Origin: Acholeplasmatales bacterium
Lineage (GTDB): Bacteria; Bacillota_I; Bacilli_A; Acholeplasmatales; Anaeroplasmataceae
Reading direction: 5' to 3'
Assembly: GCA_017449215.1 (NCBI GenBank)
Contig: JAFSJY010000070.1
Location: 887 to 64,886 of the forward strand
DNA: 64,000 nt
Below are positions 9,504-17,482 of this stretch, piece by piece (position 1 is the first letter of the stretch; each line of letters opens with the position of its first letter). The notes under the pieces were generated by a model, which was given only the letters and a program-made list of their open reading frames with translations, searched no databases and was not told where the DNA came from. Made by a program: the position numbers and the translations under genes.

Positions 9504-10532
9504 TTATTTCACCTCATACCAGCATTCAGGATCCACTGCATACATATTGCCACCGCTATAGCCGTATGCTACTGCAGGACATCCTCTACAAAATCTTAAA
9601 AGTGGGCATTTAGAACATTTTTCAAATTTTTCATAAATCCTATATTCATCCATTTTTGGTCCTGTAAATAAATCATATAAATCATCTTCTAAAGCATTGC
9701 CGACTTTAGATTCCATTCTTCTGCATGCATAACATGACCCATCTGATAAGATAGTAAAATGGGCATTACCACAATTGCATCCATCATAAACATAATCATC
9801 ATCAGGATAATCCTTAGGATTAAAACGACCTTGCTCATATAAATACAAAGTCCACAAATGATCTTTATAAGAAAAATATGTGTTTGAATCTTTATATTGC
9901 ATAAATTTCTTGTCACATTCAGAAAGTAGCCACTTATATTCTTGTGGTGCGCAACATACATCTCTATCTTTAAACGAAGGGCAATATCTAGCAAAGGCAA
10001 ATATATCGAAATTAGCTTTTACTACTTCGTCTACTAAATCTGGAATTTCTTTATAATTCCATTTTGAAACAGTAGTCATACATGCAACTTGTATACCTGC
10101 TTGTTGAAGCACTTTTACTTTAGATATAGTTTCATCATATGACCCGATTTGTCTTATTCTATCGTGTGTTTCTTTTAGTCCATCTAAAGACAATTGATAT
10201 TTTCTAACGCCACATTCATACATTTTTTTAGAGTTCTCTAAAGTTATATGAAATGGATTACCGAGTATGGCGATTTTCCAACCTTTTATTTTAATTTTCT
10301 CTAATAAATTCCAAAATTGTGGATGTAATATTGGATCACCACCAGTTATATATAAATATGGTTCTCTATTTGATTTCTTTTTGAAAGTTTCAATATTTTC
10401 GATAACCTTATCCATTTGGTCTAAAGTCATCATTTTAAATTTAGCATGGCTACCAAGCGCATATATATAGCAATGCTTACATCTTTGATCACATTCTTCT
10501 GTGATATGCCATTGAAATGAAAAATATTTCAT
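9504..10532 (-). CDS. Radical SAM/SPASM maturase, ACGX system
   Basis: QWHITEECDQRCKHC (CX3CX2C), TGGDP, SPASM cysteines CNCG..C and CSKC..CRGC..C; adjacent to an ACGX peptide; ATG 10532 with AGGA SD. Confidence 0.92.
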   Translation of the reverse strand: MKYFSFQWHITEECDQRCKHCYIYALGSHAKFKMMTLDQMDKVIENIETFKKKSNREPYLYITGGDPILHPQFWNLLEKIKIKGWKIAILGNPFHITLENSKKMYECGVRKYQLSLDGLKETHDRIRQIGSYDETISKVKVLQQAGIQVACMTTVSKWNYKEIPDLVDEVVKANFDIFAFARYCPSFKDRDVCCAPQEYKWLLSECDKKFMQYKDSNTYFSYKDHLWTLYLYEQGRFNPKDYPDDDYVYDGCNCGNAHFTILSDGSCYACRRMESKVGNALEDDLYDLFTGPKMDEYRIYEKFEKCSKCPLLRFCRGCPAVAYGYSGGNMYAVDPECWYEVK

Positions 10533-10539
10533 AATAAAT

Positions 10540-10585
10540 CCTAAAATAAGGAAAAGGTGCACTATATTTCAAGCACACCTTCAAA
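10540..10585 (-). terminator. Hairpin plus U-rich tract between peptide and maturase (probable leaky terminator)
   Basis: Minus strand AAGGTGTGC-ttgaaatata-GTGCACCTT followed by TTCCTTATTTT. Confidence 0.55.
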
Positions 10586-10589
10586 ATCC

Positions 10590-10790
10590 TTACTTCTTGT
10601 CAGGAGCGCCACAGGCTGAACCGCATGCGCTTGGTTTTGGTTCTTCTTCCTTTTTGTCAGGAGCACCGCATGCACTACCACATGCTGATGGTGTTTCCTT
10701 CTTTTCTTCTTCTGGTTTGTCGTTTGATCCACATGCAGATCCACATGCTGATGTAGCAACATCTTTACCAAATAAATTTTTAAGTGCCAT
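10590..10790 (-). CDS. ACGX-repeat peptide (putative RiPP precursor, 66 aa)
   Basis: Three SACGSACG units with acidic/Lys linkers; GGAGG SD; matches the recalled ACGX-repeat peptide family. Confidence 0.9.
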   Translation of the reverse strand: MALKNLFGKDVATSACGSACGSNDKPEEEKKETPSACGSACGAPDKKEEEPKPSACGSACGAPDKK

Positions 10791-10830
10791 GGTTAATACC
10801 TCCTATAAATATTTGTAGCTTAACTACACT

Positions 10831-10904
10831 TATATTATATCAATGAGATTTTATATTCTTCCCAACAAAATCAAACAAAGTGTCGGAATTTGTGATATAA
10901 TATA
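10831..10904. promoter_or_regulatory. Divergent promoter region, mirror-image -10 boxes (12-bp inverted repeat)
   Basis: TATATTATATCA (10831-10842) and TGATATAATATA (10893-10904), each containing TATAAT. Confidence 0.5.
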
Positions 10905-10929
10905 ATATATTTAATTTGAGGTATAAAAT

Positions 10930-11517
10930 ATGAAGCAATATGAAAAAGCAAGAAACGAAATGAAAGAAAGAATCAGGAAAGCATTTTGGACACTTTATAA
11001 AAAATATAATTATCAAAACATAATGAACGTTAAAGAAGTTACAGACTTAGCTAATGTTAATCGTTCAACATTCTATTTTTATTATCAGCATACGGGTGAA
11101 ATATTAAATGAACTAATAGAATGGCTAAAAGATGAAATTGTTACAATTTATTCTTCTAGAAAAAGACAAGATGGAGATTTTAATGATTTTTATAAAGAAA
11201 TATATGAACATTTTAAATTAAGAAAAAAATACCTTGTCCCTCTTGTATGTGAATCAAGACATCCTGAGTTTGCATTATGGTATAGAAATAATCAAAGAGA
11301 AATGTTTAAAGAGGATATCGGCTTAGCTCATTATCATTTAGATAAAAAGAAAAATAAAATTATCGATATAGCATTAGCTGGTATTATAGAAGAGCAGATT
11401 CAAACATTTGGATATGGCGAACTAACAATTGATGATTCTTTTTACCTTGAATTAGGAACTTTACAAAATGGTTTATTAACTACATTAGAAAAAAGATTTG
11501 ATATAAGAAAAAAATAG
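10930..11517 (+). CDS. TetR/AcrR family regulator, divergent from the ACGX-SirTM operon
   Basis: N-terminal HTH VKEVTDLANVNRSTFYFYY; GAGG SD. Confidence 0.88.
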   Translation: MKQYEKARNEMKERIRKAFWTLYKKYNYQNIMNVKEVTDLANVNRSTFYFYYQHTGEILNELIEWLKDEIVTIYSSRKRQDGDFNDFYKEIYEHFKLRKKYLVPLVCESRHPEFALWYRNNQREMFKEDIGLAHYHLDKKKNKIIDIALAGIIEEQIQTFGYGELTIDDSFYLELGTLQNGLLTTLEKRFDIRKK

Positions 11518-11790
11518 TCAATACTTACGTATCAGCTATGCTTAACTCTGATGGAGGCTCCAAACTGATATAAACCAATCGTTAAAAAGTGTAAGAAAAC
11601 GTTAAAAGGTGTGCGGTTGCAAATTTATGGACCGCACCAGAAAAACAAAAAGGTGCTTATTTTTGCATTTTTGAAGCATTAATAAACACCTTAATTATTC
11701 GATTTATGGCTTAACTAAGCCACTTTTATATAAAATACCTTAATACAAAATTGTATCAAAATATACTATTCATTATGGGGGACCAACAAA

Positions 11791-11907
11791 CAATTGAAAT
11801 TGGCTTAGTTAAGCCATTTATTTGGTAGACTTGTCATTTTTGGGGTCGGTAGAGCAATTGAACAATCGTCTCAACGTGTGTCTTTGAAACCCATAGAAAA
11901 GATATCA
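11791..11907 (-). repeat. att-like site S5 (HVETIVQL), composite of the S1 arm and the S2 arm
   Basis: 11871-11907 matches S1; 11791-11876 matches S2. Confidence 0.8.
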
Positions 11908-12016
11908 CTTTTATAAATATGTATATGGAAATTGGTTACATACATGTCGATTAAATACTAAAAGTTTTCAATTGCTTTTGGAAATAACTTTTTAAAAGTA
12001 TCAATATAGCCATGTA

Positions 12017-12862
12017 TTATTTTTCTTCATATGTAATTTTCCAATTCAAATAGTTTACTAATGCTTCATCAGATCTTATATATCTTCTTTGATGTTTATT
12101 TAATTTTAAAATTTCATTCATATCTTCATTAGACAAACAAAAATCAAATATATCAATATTATCCTTGATATGTTCCACATTTTTGCTCCCAGGAATAACG
12201 ATAAAACCCATTTGTGTGTGCCATCTTAAAACTATTTGAGCAGTTGATTTATGGTATTTATTTGCAAGATTTATAATTATTGGATTATTTAATAATTCAC
12301 CTGTCATATCTTTTCCACCTAGTGGATACCAACTCATAATTTTAATTTCTTCTTTTTTAGTTATTGTTCTTAATTCATCTTGAGGAAAAAATGGATGGCA
12401 TTCGACTTGAATAACTTGAGGTTTAACATCAAATTCAGCCAACACTTCGTTTATTTCACTTTCGAAATTAGAAATACCAATGGCTTTTATTTTTCCCTTT
12501 TTATAAGCATTAACTAATTGTTTATATCCTTCTCTCCAATTTTTAGTTGGCTGATGAATAAATAATAAATCGATATAATTAGTGCCTAATCTTTCTAGTG
12601 TTTCATCGACTGCATTTGGATTTTCATATTCCGTTGGCCATAATTTTGTTGATAAGAAAATTTCTTTTCTATCAACACCTGATTCTTTTATTCCTCTACC
12701 TACTGCACGCTCATTCATATAAGCATTAGCTGTATCAATTAATCTATATCCAAGTTTTAAAGCTTCTTTTACACTATTTTCAGCATCTTTTGGTTCAAGT
12801 AAAAAAGTACCAATACCAACTGATGGCATTGTTATGCCATTATTTAATTTAAATTCTTTCAT
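12017..12862 (-). CDS. Aldo/keto reductase (2,5-diketo-D-gluconate reductase-like)
   Basis: GYRLIDTANAYMNE, STKLW, YIDLLFIHQP, GISNF, IPGS. Confidence 0.93.
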   Translation of the reverse strand: MKEFKLNNGITMPSVGIGTFLLEPKDAENSVKEALKLGYRLIDTANAYMNERAVGRGIKESGVDRKEIFLSTKLWPTEYENPNAVDETLERLGTNYIDLLFIHQPTKNWREGYKQLVNAYKKGKIKAIGISNFESEINEVLAEFDVKPQVIQVECHPFFPQDELRTITKKEEIKIMSWYPLGGKDMTGELLNNPIIINLANKYHKSTAQIVLRWHTQMGFIVIPGSKNVEHIKDNIDIFDFCLSNEDMNEILKLNKHQRRYIRSDEALVNYLNWKITYEEK

Positions 12863-12864
12863 TC

Positions 12865-13590
12865 TTATTCTCCTATCTTATTATATTCTTCGTCACTAAC
12901 TTCTTCTAGCCATTTAGTTTTAGTATCGACACCTGATACTTCAATTGCTAAATGCTGAAACCATGAATCTTTTGTTGCACCATGCCAGTGTTTAACATTT
13001 GCTGGTATATTAACTATATCACCAGGCTTTAAAAATCTAGCTTTTTTACCTTCTTCTTGGTACCAACCATTTCCAAAAACACAAATTAACATTTGGCCTC
13101 CACCAGATTTAGCTTCGTGGATATGCCAATTATTTCTACATCCAGGTTCAAATGTGACATTAAATAAAGGTACTTGTGTAGTTGATAATGGATATAAATA
13201 ACTTTGTCCTTTAAAATAATCAGCAAATGGATTCTTTTCACCAACTGGGAAGATAGATAATTCTAATTCATTATCATCTTTTCCATACACTTCTTCAATT
13301 AATGGAAATGTTGACCATGCTTTTGGCCATCCTGAGTAAAATGCAAGTTGCGTTATTGCTACAACAACTTCAGTTTTTGTCAAACCATGTTTCTTTCCTA
13401 ATTCTAAATGAGCTTTTAATTGTGGATATAATCCTGCGCTAAATAGGGCTGATATAGTTATTAAACTTCTATCTCTTAAATTTAATTTATCTACTCTATC
13501 CCATACTTCACCAAATAATACATCATCATTTAGTTCTGCAAATTTAGGGGCTAAATTACCTAAATATTTTCTTCCAGCGTCTTGTTTCAC
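12865..13590 (-). CDS. Carboxymuconolactone decarboxylase family domain fused to cupin
   Basis: DDVLFGEVW..RDRSLIT..LAFYSGWPKAW; FEPGCRNNWHIH, KHWHGA. Confidence 0.88.
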   Translation of the reverse strand: MKQDAGRKYLGNLAPKFAELNDDVLFGEVWDRVDKLNLRDRSLITISALFSAGLYPQLKAHLELGKKHGLTKTEVVVAITQLAFYSGWPKAWSTFPLIEEVYGKDDNELELSIFPVGEKNPFADYFKGQSYLYPLSTTQVPLFNVTFEPGCRNNWHIHEAKSGGGQMLICVFGNGWYQEEGKKARFLKPGDIVNIPANVKHWHGATKDSWFQHLAIEVSGVDTKTKWLEEVSDEEYNKIGE

Positions 13591-13598
13591 ATTATCAC

Positions 13599-14225
13599 CT
13601 ATTCCTCTATTGATGAAAAATGAGTAAAATATTTTAATTCTTTTTTAGGCATTCCATTTTTTAATTTCTCATTATTTATTGCTTTAATTAAAAAAGCCAT
13701 ATTATACCCAAGATTTCTCATCGTTTGTAATCCTTCTAAATCTCTTTCTACATCTTCCTTTGTAAAACCATGAACCTCATTCCAATATGTAGAAGATACT
13801 ATTGGCATAGAAGAAATGGTAAAATACTTATTAATTTCATCAAATGCAGATGTTGAACCTGCCCTTCTAGATGATATAACTGCCGCTCCAACCTTCATTG
13901 TTTTATCAAAATTTGTACTATAAAATAATCTATCTAGAAGTGATAATAAAGTCGAATTACAACCAGCATAAAATGTTGGAGATCCAATTATTAAGCCATC
14001 TGCTTTTTCAAATTTTACGGCTATTTCATTTACTATATCATTAAAAATGCATTTCCCTGTTTTAGAACAGCTATCACAAGAAATACAACCTCTAATGTCT
14101 TTATTTCCAATATGAATTATTTCAGTTTCGATTTTTTCTTTATTAAGAATATTTTCTACCTCATTTAATGCTCTAAAAGTACATCCATTTGAATGTGGAC
14201 TTCCATTTATAATCAATACCTTCAT
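13599..14225 (-). CDS. Flavodoxin-like / NADPH-dependent FMN reductase family protein
   Basis: INGSPH..GCT, GCISCDSC, GSPTFY, RRAG; TGATG overlap with the upstream gene. Confidence 0.88.
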   Translation of the reverse strand: MKVLIINGSPHSNGCTFRALNEVENILNKEKIETEIIHIGNKDIRGCISCDSCSKTGKCIFNDIVNEIAVKFEKADGLIIGSPTFYAGCNSTLLSLLDRLFYSTNFDKTMKVGAAVISSRRAGSTSAFDEINKYFTISSMPIVSSTYWNEVHGFTKEDVERDLEGLQTMRNLGYNMAFLIKAINNEKLKNGMPKKELKYFTHFSSIEE

Positions 14226-14815
14226 CACCATATCTCCTTTTGTTCATTTGGATCTAATTCTTTAATTATTTTTGCAGGACATCCTCCAACAACCGCATTA
14301 TCCGGTACATCTTTAGTGACAACTGCCCCTGCTGCAATAACAGCGTTTTCACCGATTGTTACACCTGGGCAGATTGTGGCATTCATGCCAATCCAAGCAT
14401 TCTTTTTTATAGCTACTTTTCCATACGTATAAATTGTATGTCTATTGTTAAAATCATGATTAATTGTGGCGATTCTAACTCCTGGGGCAACACTTACACC
14501 ATCTTCAAATTCAATTCCACCAGATGCTGACAGAATTGCTGAATGATTTATAAATACATTTTTGCCAAATTTGACACGATTGCCAAAATCACAAATGAAT
14601 GGAGTTAATATCCTAATTCCATCTAATTTTCTATCAAATAATTCTTCTAAATATTCTATATATTTAGGATCATTAATTGGTGTTTCATTTGCAAGCTGAC
14701 ATAAGCGTCTTGCCCTTATCATTTCATCTGATGCTTCTTTAAAATATGATTCTCTTACATCAGTTGGACCACCTTCATCCATTAATTTATAAACATATCC
14801 CTTTTCGTATTCCAT
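14225..14815 (-). CDS. Sugar O-acetyltransferase (hexapeptide repeat, maltose/galactoside type)
   Basis: PFICDFG, FGKNVFIN, AWIG...PGVTIG..AVIAAGAVVTKDVP. Confidence 0.9.
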   Translation of the reverse strand: MEYEKGYVYKLMDEGGPTDVRESYFKEASDEMIRARRLCQLANETPINDPKYIEYLEELFDRKLDGIRILTPFICDFGNRVKFGKNVFINHSAILSASGGIEFEDGVSVAPGVRIATINHDFNNRHTIYTYGKVAIKKNAWIGMNATICPGVTIGENAVIAAGAVVTKDVPDNAVVGGCPAKIIKELDPNEQKEIW

Positions 14816-15327
14816 CAATATGACTCCTTTATCCATTTTTCTACTTTAGACTTGGATGAATTAACTTGTGAACCTACTATTGCAAGGCCATCTTTAACAT
14901 TAGCTCCTACACAAATCTTTTTTAAATCTCTAACTACACTACCAAGACCTGAGCCTTCATGTGTTGAAAAAGGCATTATAGTTTTACCATTAAAATCTAA
15001 TCTGCTTAATTCTGTAAACATAGGTTGAGGTAGTGTTCCCCAGTAAATAGGGCCACCAATATAAATAACATCATAATCACTAATATTATCTAAATAATTC
15101 TTTAATTCAGGAAGTTCACCTTTTCTTTGTTCTTCTTTAGCTTCTTCTATACAGGTTCTATAATCAGCTGCATAATCTATTTTTCTTTCAACCTTAAATA
15201 AATCTGCCCCTGTTATATCTTTTATATACTCAGCTACTACTTCTGTATTACCTTTTGTGATATACTTCATAGACCCGCCAAAATAATTTTCATCAACTCT
15301 TGAAAAATAAATAACTAATGATTTCAT
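14815..15327 (-). CDS. Flavodoxin
   Basis: YFSR...GNT, YDVIYIGGPIYWG, PFSTHEGSG. Confidence 0.9.
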   Translation of the reverse strand: MKSLVIYFSRVDENYFGGSMKYITKGNTEVVAEYIKDITGADLFKVERKIDYAADYRTCIEEAKEEQRKGELPELKNYLDNISDYDVIYIGGPIYWGTLPQPMFTELSRLDFNGKTIMPFSTHEGSGLGSVVRDLKKICVGANVKDGLAIVGSQVNSSKSKVEKWIKESY

Positions 15328-15330
15328 TTT

Positions 15331-15858
15331 CTATTCCTCCTTAAATTTTTCAATATAATTTAAAACAATTGCTTTTGGATCAATCTCTCCATCAGTAAAA
15401 CACCATAAATTAAGCGCTCCATAATAAACACCTATAATTTCGTTTGAAATCCTTACATCATATAATTCTTTAACATATCCCAAATCGTATGCTAGTTTGC
15501 TTTTACCATAAAAGCTTCCCTGTACTGAGTGACTAAACCATCCCTGACACATCTTAAGACCAGAATCCATGATATGTTTTAATGAATTAATTAAGAAATG
15601 TTTTAATTTCTCATATTTAGAATAATCACCTTCAAGCTTCATATCATCATAGAAAAGATTGATTTGTTTAACTATTAAATCTTCTTTAGATTCAAAATGT
15701 ATATAAAACGCTCCTTTCGATACACCAGCTTCTTTTGTAATAGCTGATACTGATACATTATCAAATCCCTTTTCACCGATAAGCTTTAAAGCTACTTCAA
15801 TTATTTTGTTTTTGTTTTCATTAGACTTAGCAAGTCTTGTCTCGTTATTGTATTTCAT
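15331..15858 (-). CDS. TetR/AcrR family regulator
   Basis: GFDNVSVSAITKEAGVSKGAFYIHFESKEDL HTH. Confidence 0.92.
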   Translation of the reverse strand: MKYNNETRLAKSNENKNKIIEVALKLIGEKGFDNVSVSAITKEAGVSKGAFYIHFESKEDLIVKQINLFYDDMKLEGDYSKYEKLKHFLINSLKHIMDSGLKMCQGWFSHSVQGSFYGKSKLAYDLGYVKELYDVRISNEIIGVYYGALNLWCFTDGEIDPKAIVLNYIEKFKEE

Positions 15859-15864
15859 ATTTAT

Positions 15865-15894
15865 ATTGTATCAATTAATTGACCAATAGTCAAT
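15865..15894 (-). promoter_or_regulatory. Sigma-A promoter TTGACT-N17-TACAAT overlapped by operator ATTGAC-N5-GTCAAT
   Basis: Read directly; ATG lies 7 nt after the -10 box. Confidence 0.7.
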
Positions 15895-15946
15895 AAATTA
15901 GATAAAAAAACACCAAAGCAGGAGGATGCCATGGTGTTAGTCATTT

Positions 15947-16066
15947 CTATTTCCTTATTTCTTTTCCGTTATTGAAAATGAACGTGATGCTTCCATCTTG
16001 ATTAACTACTGCTTTTTCAATCAAGTAAGACCAAATATCAATGTCAAATTCTTCAATTAAATTAGG
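15947..16066 (-). pseudogene. C-terminal relic of a large serine recombinase
   Basis: PNLIEEFDIDIWSYLIEKAVVNQDGSITFIFNNGKEIRK* resembles the recalled tail EFD..LW...VE...V..DG.I.F.FK.G.E. Confidence 0.65.
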
Positions 16067-16192
16067 CTTCTTATCCACCTTAATTATATGCATTTATGAG
16101 CGATATTCGATACAAAATACCTCAATATCACATAAAAAAATACAGCTTAAACCCATAAGATAGGTAAAAAAGCCTAAAGCAATACACATGCT
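16067..16192. repeat. Duplicate of the ATPase upstream region (970-1157)
   Basis: 16067-16091 vs 970-994 (23/25), 16100-16129 vs 1067-1096 (29/30), 16167-16192 vs 1132-1157 (26/26). Confidence 0.85.
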
Positions 16193-16198
16193 CTAGGC
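16166..16198 (-). terminator. Intrinsic terminator ending the 16.2-37.7 kb run
   Basis: GCCTAGAGCA-loop-TGCTTTAGGC followed by T6 on the minus strand. Confidence 0.75.
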
Positions 16199-16207
16199 CT
16201 TCTATTT

Positions 16208-17464
16208 CTATTCAGATTCTAATTTGTTTTTTCTTTTCTTTTTTACAACCTTAATGATTATAAATGCAGATATGGCACCTACTAATACTAATGAGCCACA
16301 TATTATTATAATGTATCCCCACATTGGCATTACAAATGGAATACCAGGTTCACATACTATATATGTTCCACATTCAGATACATTTAATCTAACATATCTT
16401 CCAGCACCTTGTGATTCTACTTCTATTAAGTCATTATTAGAATCAATATAATATGCTTTAGTTTTTGTTCTATCAATTGTTAAATTTGCATATACATCAA
16501 CTAACTCATTTTCAACTTTATCTAATTTATTACCTTCATTACTATAAAAACTAATATCAAATATAGAATAATTAATAGATATATTTTCCATTAATTTACT
16601 TGCATTATCAAATGTATCACCATTTTCAATAATACCACCAATTAAATAATAATTAGGATTATCACTTACAAGCTTTACGACATTAGTTTTATCACTTGAA
16701 GCATTAATGACAATCGTTTTTTCTATAAATGTATTATTACCAAGTGATGTTTTATATTTATCGCTTGAAGCTTTATATACTAATTTATAAATACCACTTT
16801 TTTCAATTAATATTTTATTGTCATTAATATCAATTAAATTATCATTATAATAAGCTTTTTTAGTAACAACACATTCAGTATTACCAAGTGTTGCACTTGC
16901 ATCAATAACACTGAAGTAAATATTATTACCAGCTTTAATGCTATATTCATCTGCCAAATCTAATTTTAATTCAGGAATAAATTCTCCAGGTCTTTCACCT
17001 AAATCTTCTATTTCATCACTTAATTTATTAGCATTTACTAAATCTAATTTAATATTAAATTCAGTTCTTCTTTGCATAGCACTTACATATACACTAAATG
17101 GTAATTCATTATTAATAGAATTTTCACTTAATGTATAAGTATATATCATTTGATTATTTTTATTTCTTATAATAGTTCCAACATTTAAATCATTAATTGA
17201 TAATTTTAAATCACTCATTGATGATGAAGTATCATAATTAATAGATAGATAGTAATTATCATTTGATTTTTCTAATTTAAATTTACTTGGAAAATTATTA
17301 GAAATCATGGTTTTACCCATTGATGAGGTACCAGTAACCTCATATGATACTTCATATGTACCATTAGAGTTTAATGTGCTTGCGAAAACATTTGGAATAA
17401 AAGTGATGATAAAAGCTGATAATAATATTAGTGTAATAGAAAACTTTTTTATTAATTTATTCAT
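16208..17464 (-). CDS. Membrane-anchored surface protein with NEAT/Shp-like N-terminal domain
   Basis: Signal peptide; GTYEVSY..SSMGKTM..VYVSAMQRRTEF; C-terminal TM plus KKKRK tail. Confidence 0.6.
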   Translation of the reverse strand: MNKLIKKFSITLILLSAFIITFIPNVFASTLNSNGTYEVSYEVTGTSSMGKTMISNNFPSKFKLEKSNDNYYLSINYDTSSSMSDLKLSINDLNVGTIIRNKNNQMIYTYTLSENSINNELPFSVYVSAMQRRTEFNIKLDLVNANKLSDEIEDLGERPGEFIPELKLDLADEYSIKAGNNIYFSVIDASATLGNTECVVTKKAYYNDNLIDINDNKILIEKSGIYKLVYKASSDKYKTSLGNNTFIEKTIVINASSDKTNVVKLVSDNPNYYLIGGIIENGDTFDNASKLMENISINYSIFDISFYSNEGNKLDKVENELVDVYANLTIDRTKTKAYYIDSNNDLIEVESQGAGRYVRLNVSECGTYIVCEPGIPFVMPMWGYIIIICGSLVLVGAISAFIIIKVVKKKRKNKLESE

Positions 17465-17482
17465 TTTATCATCACTCTCCTT

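Larger units (their letters stand above)
1442..16192. mobile_element. Degraded cassette-accretion island with repeated att-like sites and a large serine recombinase remnant
   Basis: Five HVETV-like sites, shared arms, gene relics, recombinase C-terminal relic at 15947-16066, duplicated promoter/terminator blocks at both ends. Confidence 0.6.

Noticed and set aside
10562-10818. Alternative-frame ORFs 10562-10771 (-) and 10597-10818 (+)
   Set aside because: Shadows of the repetitive ACGX peptide gene, which has the SD and family-like sequence.
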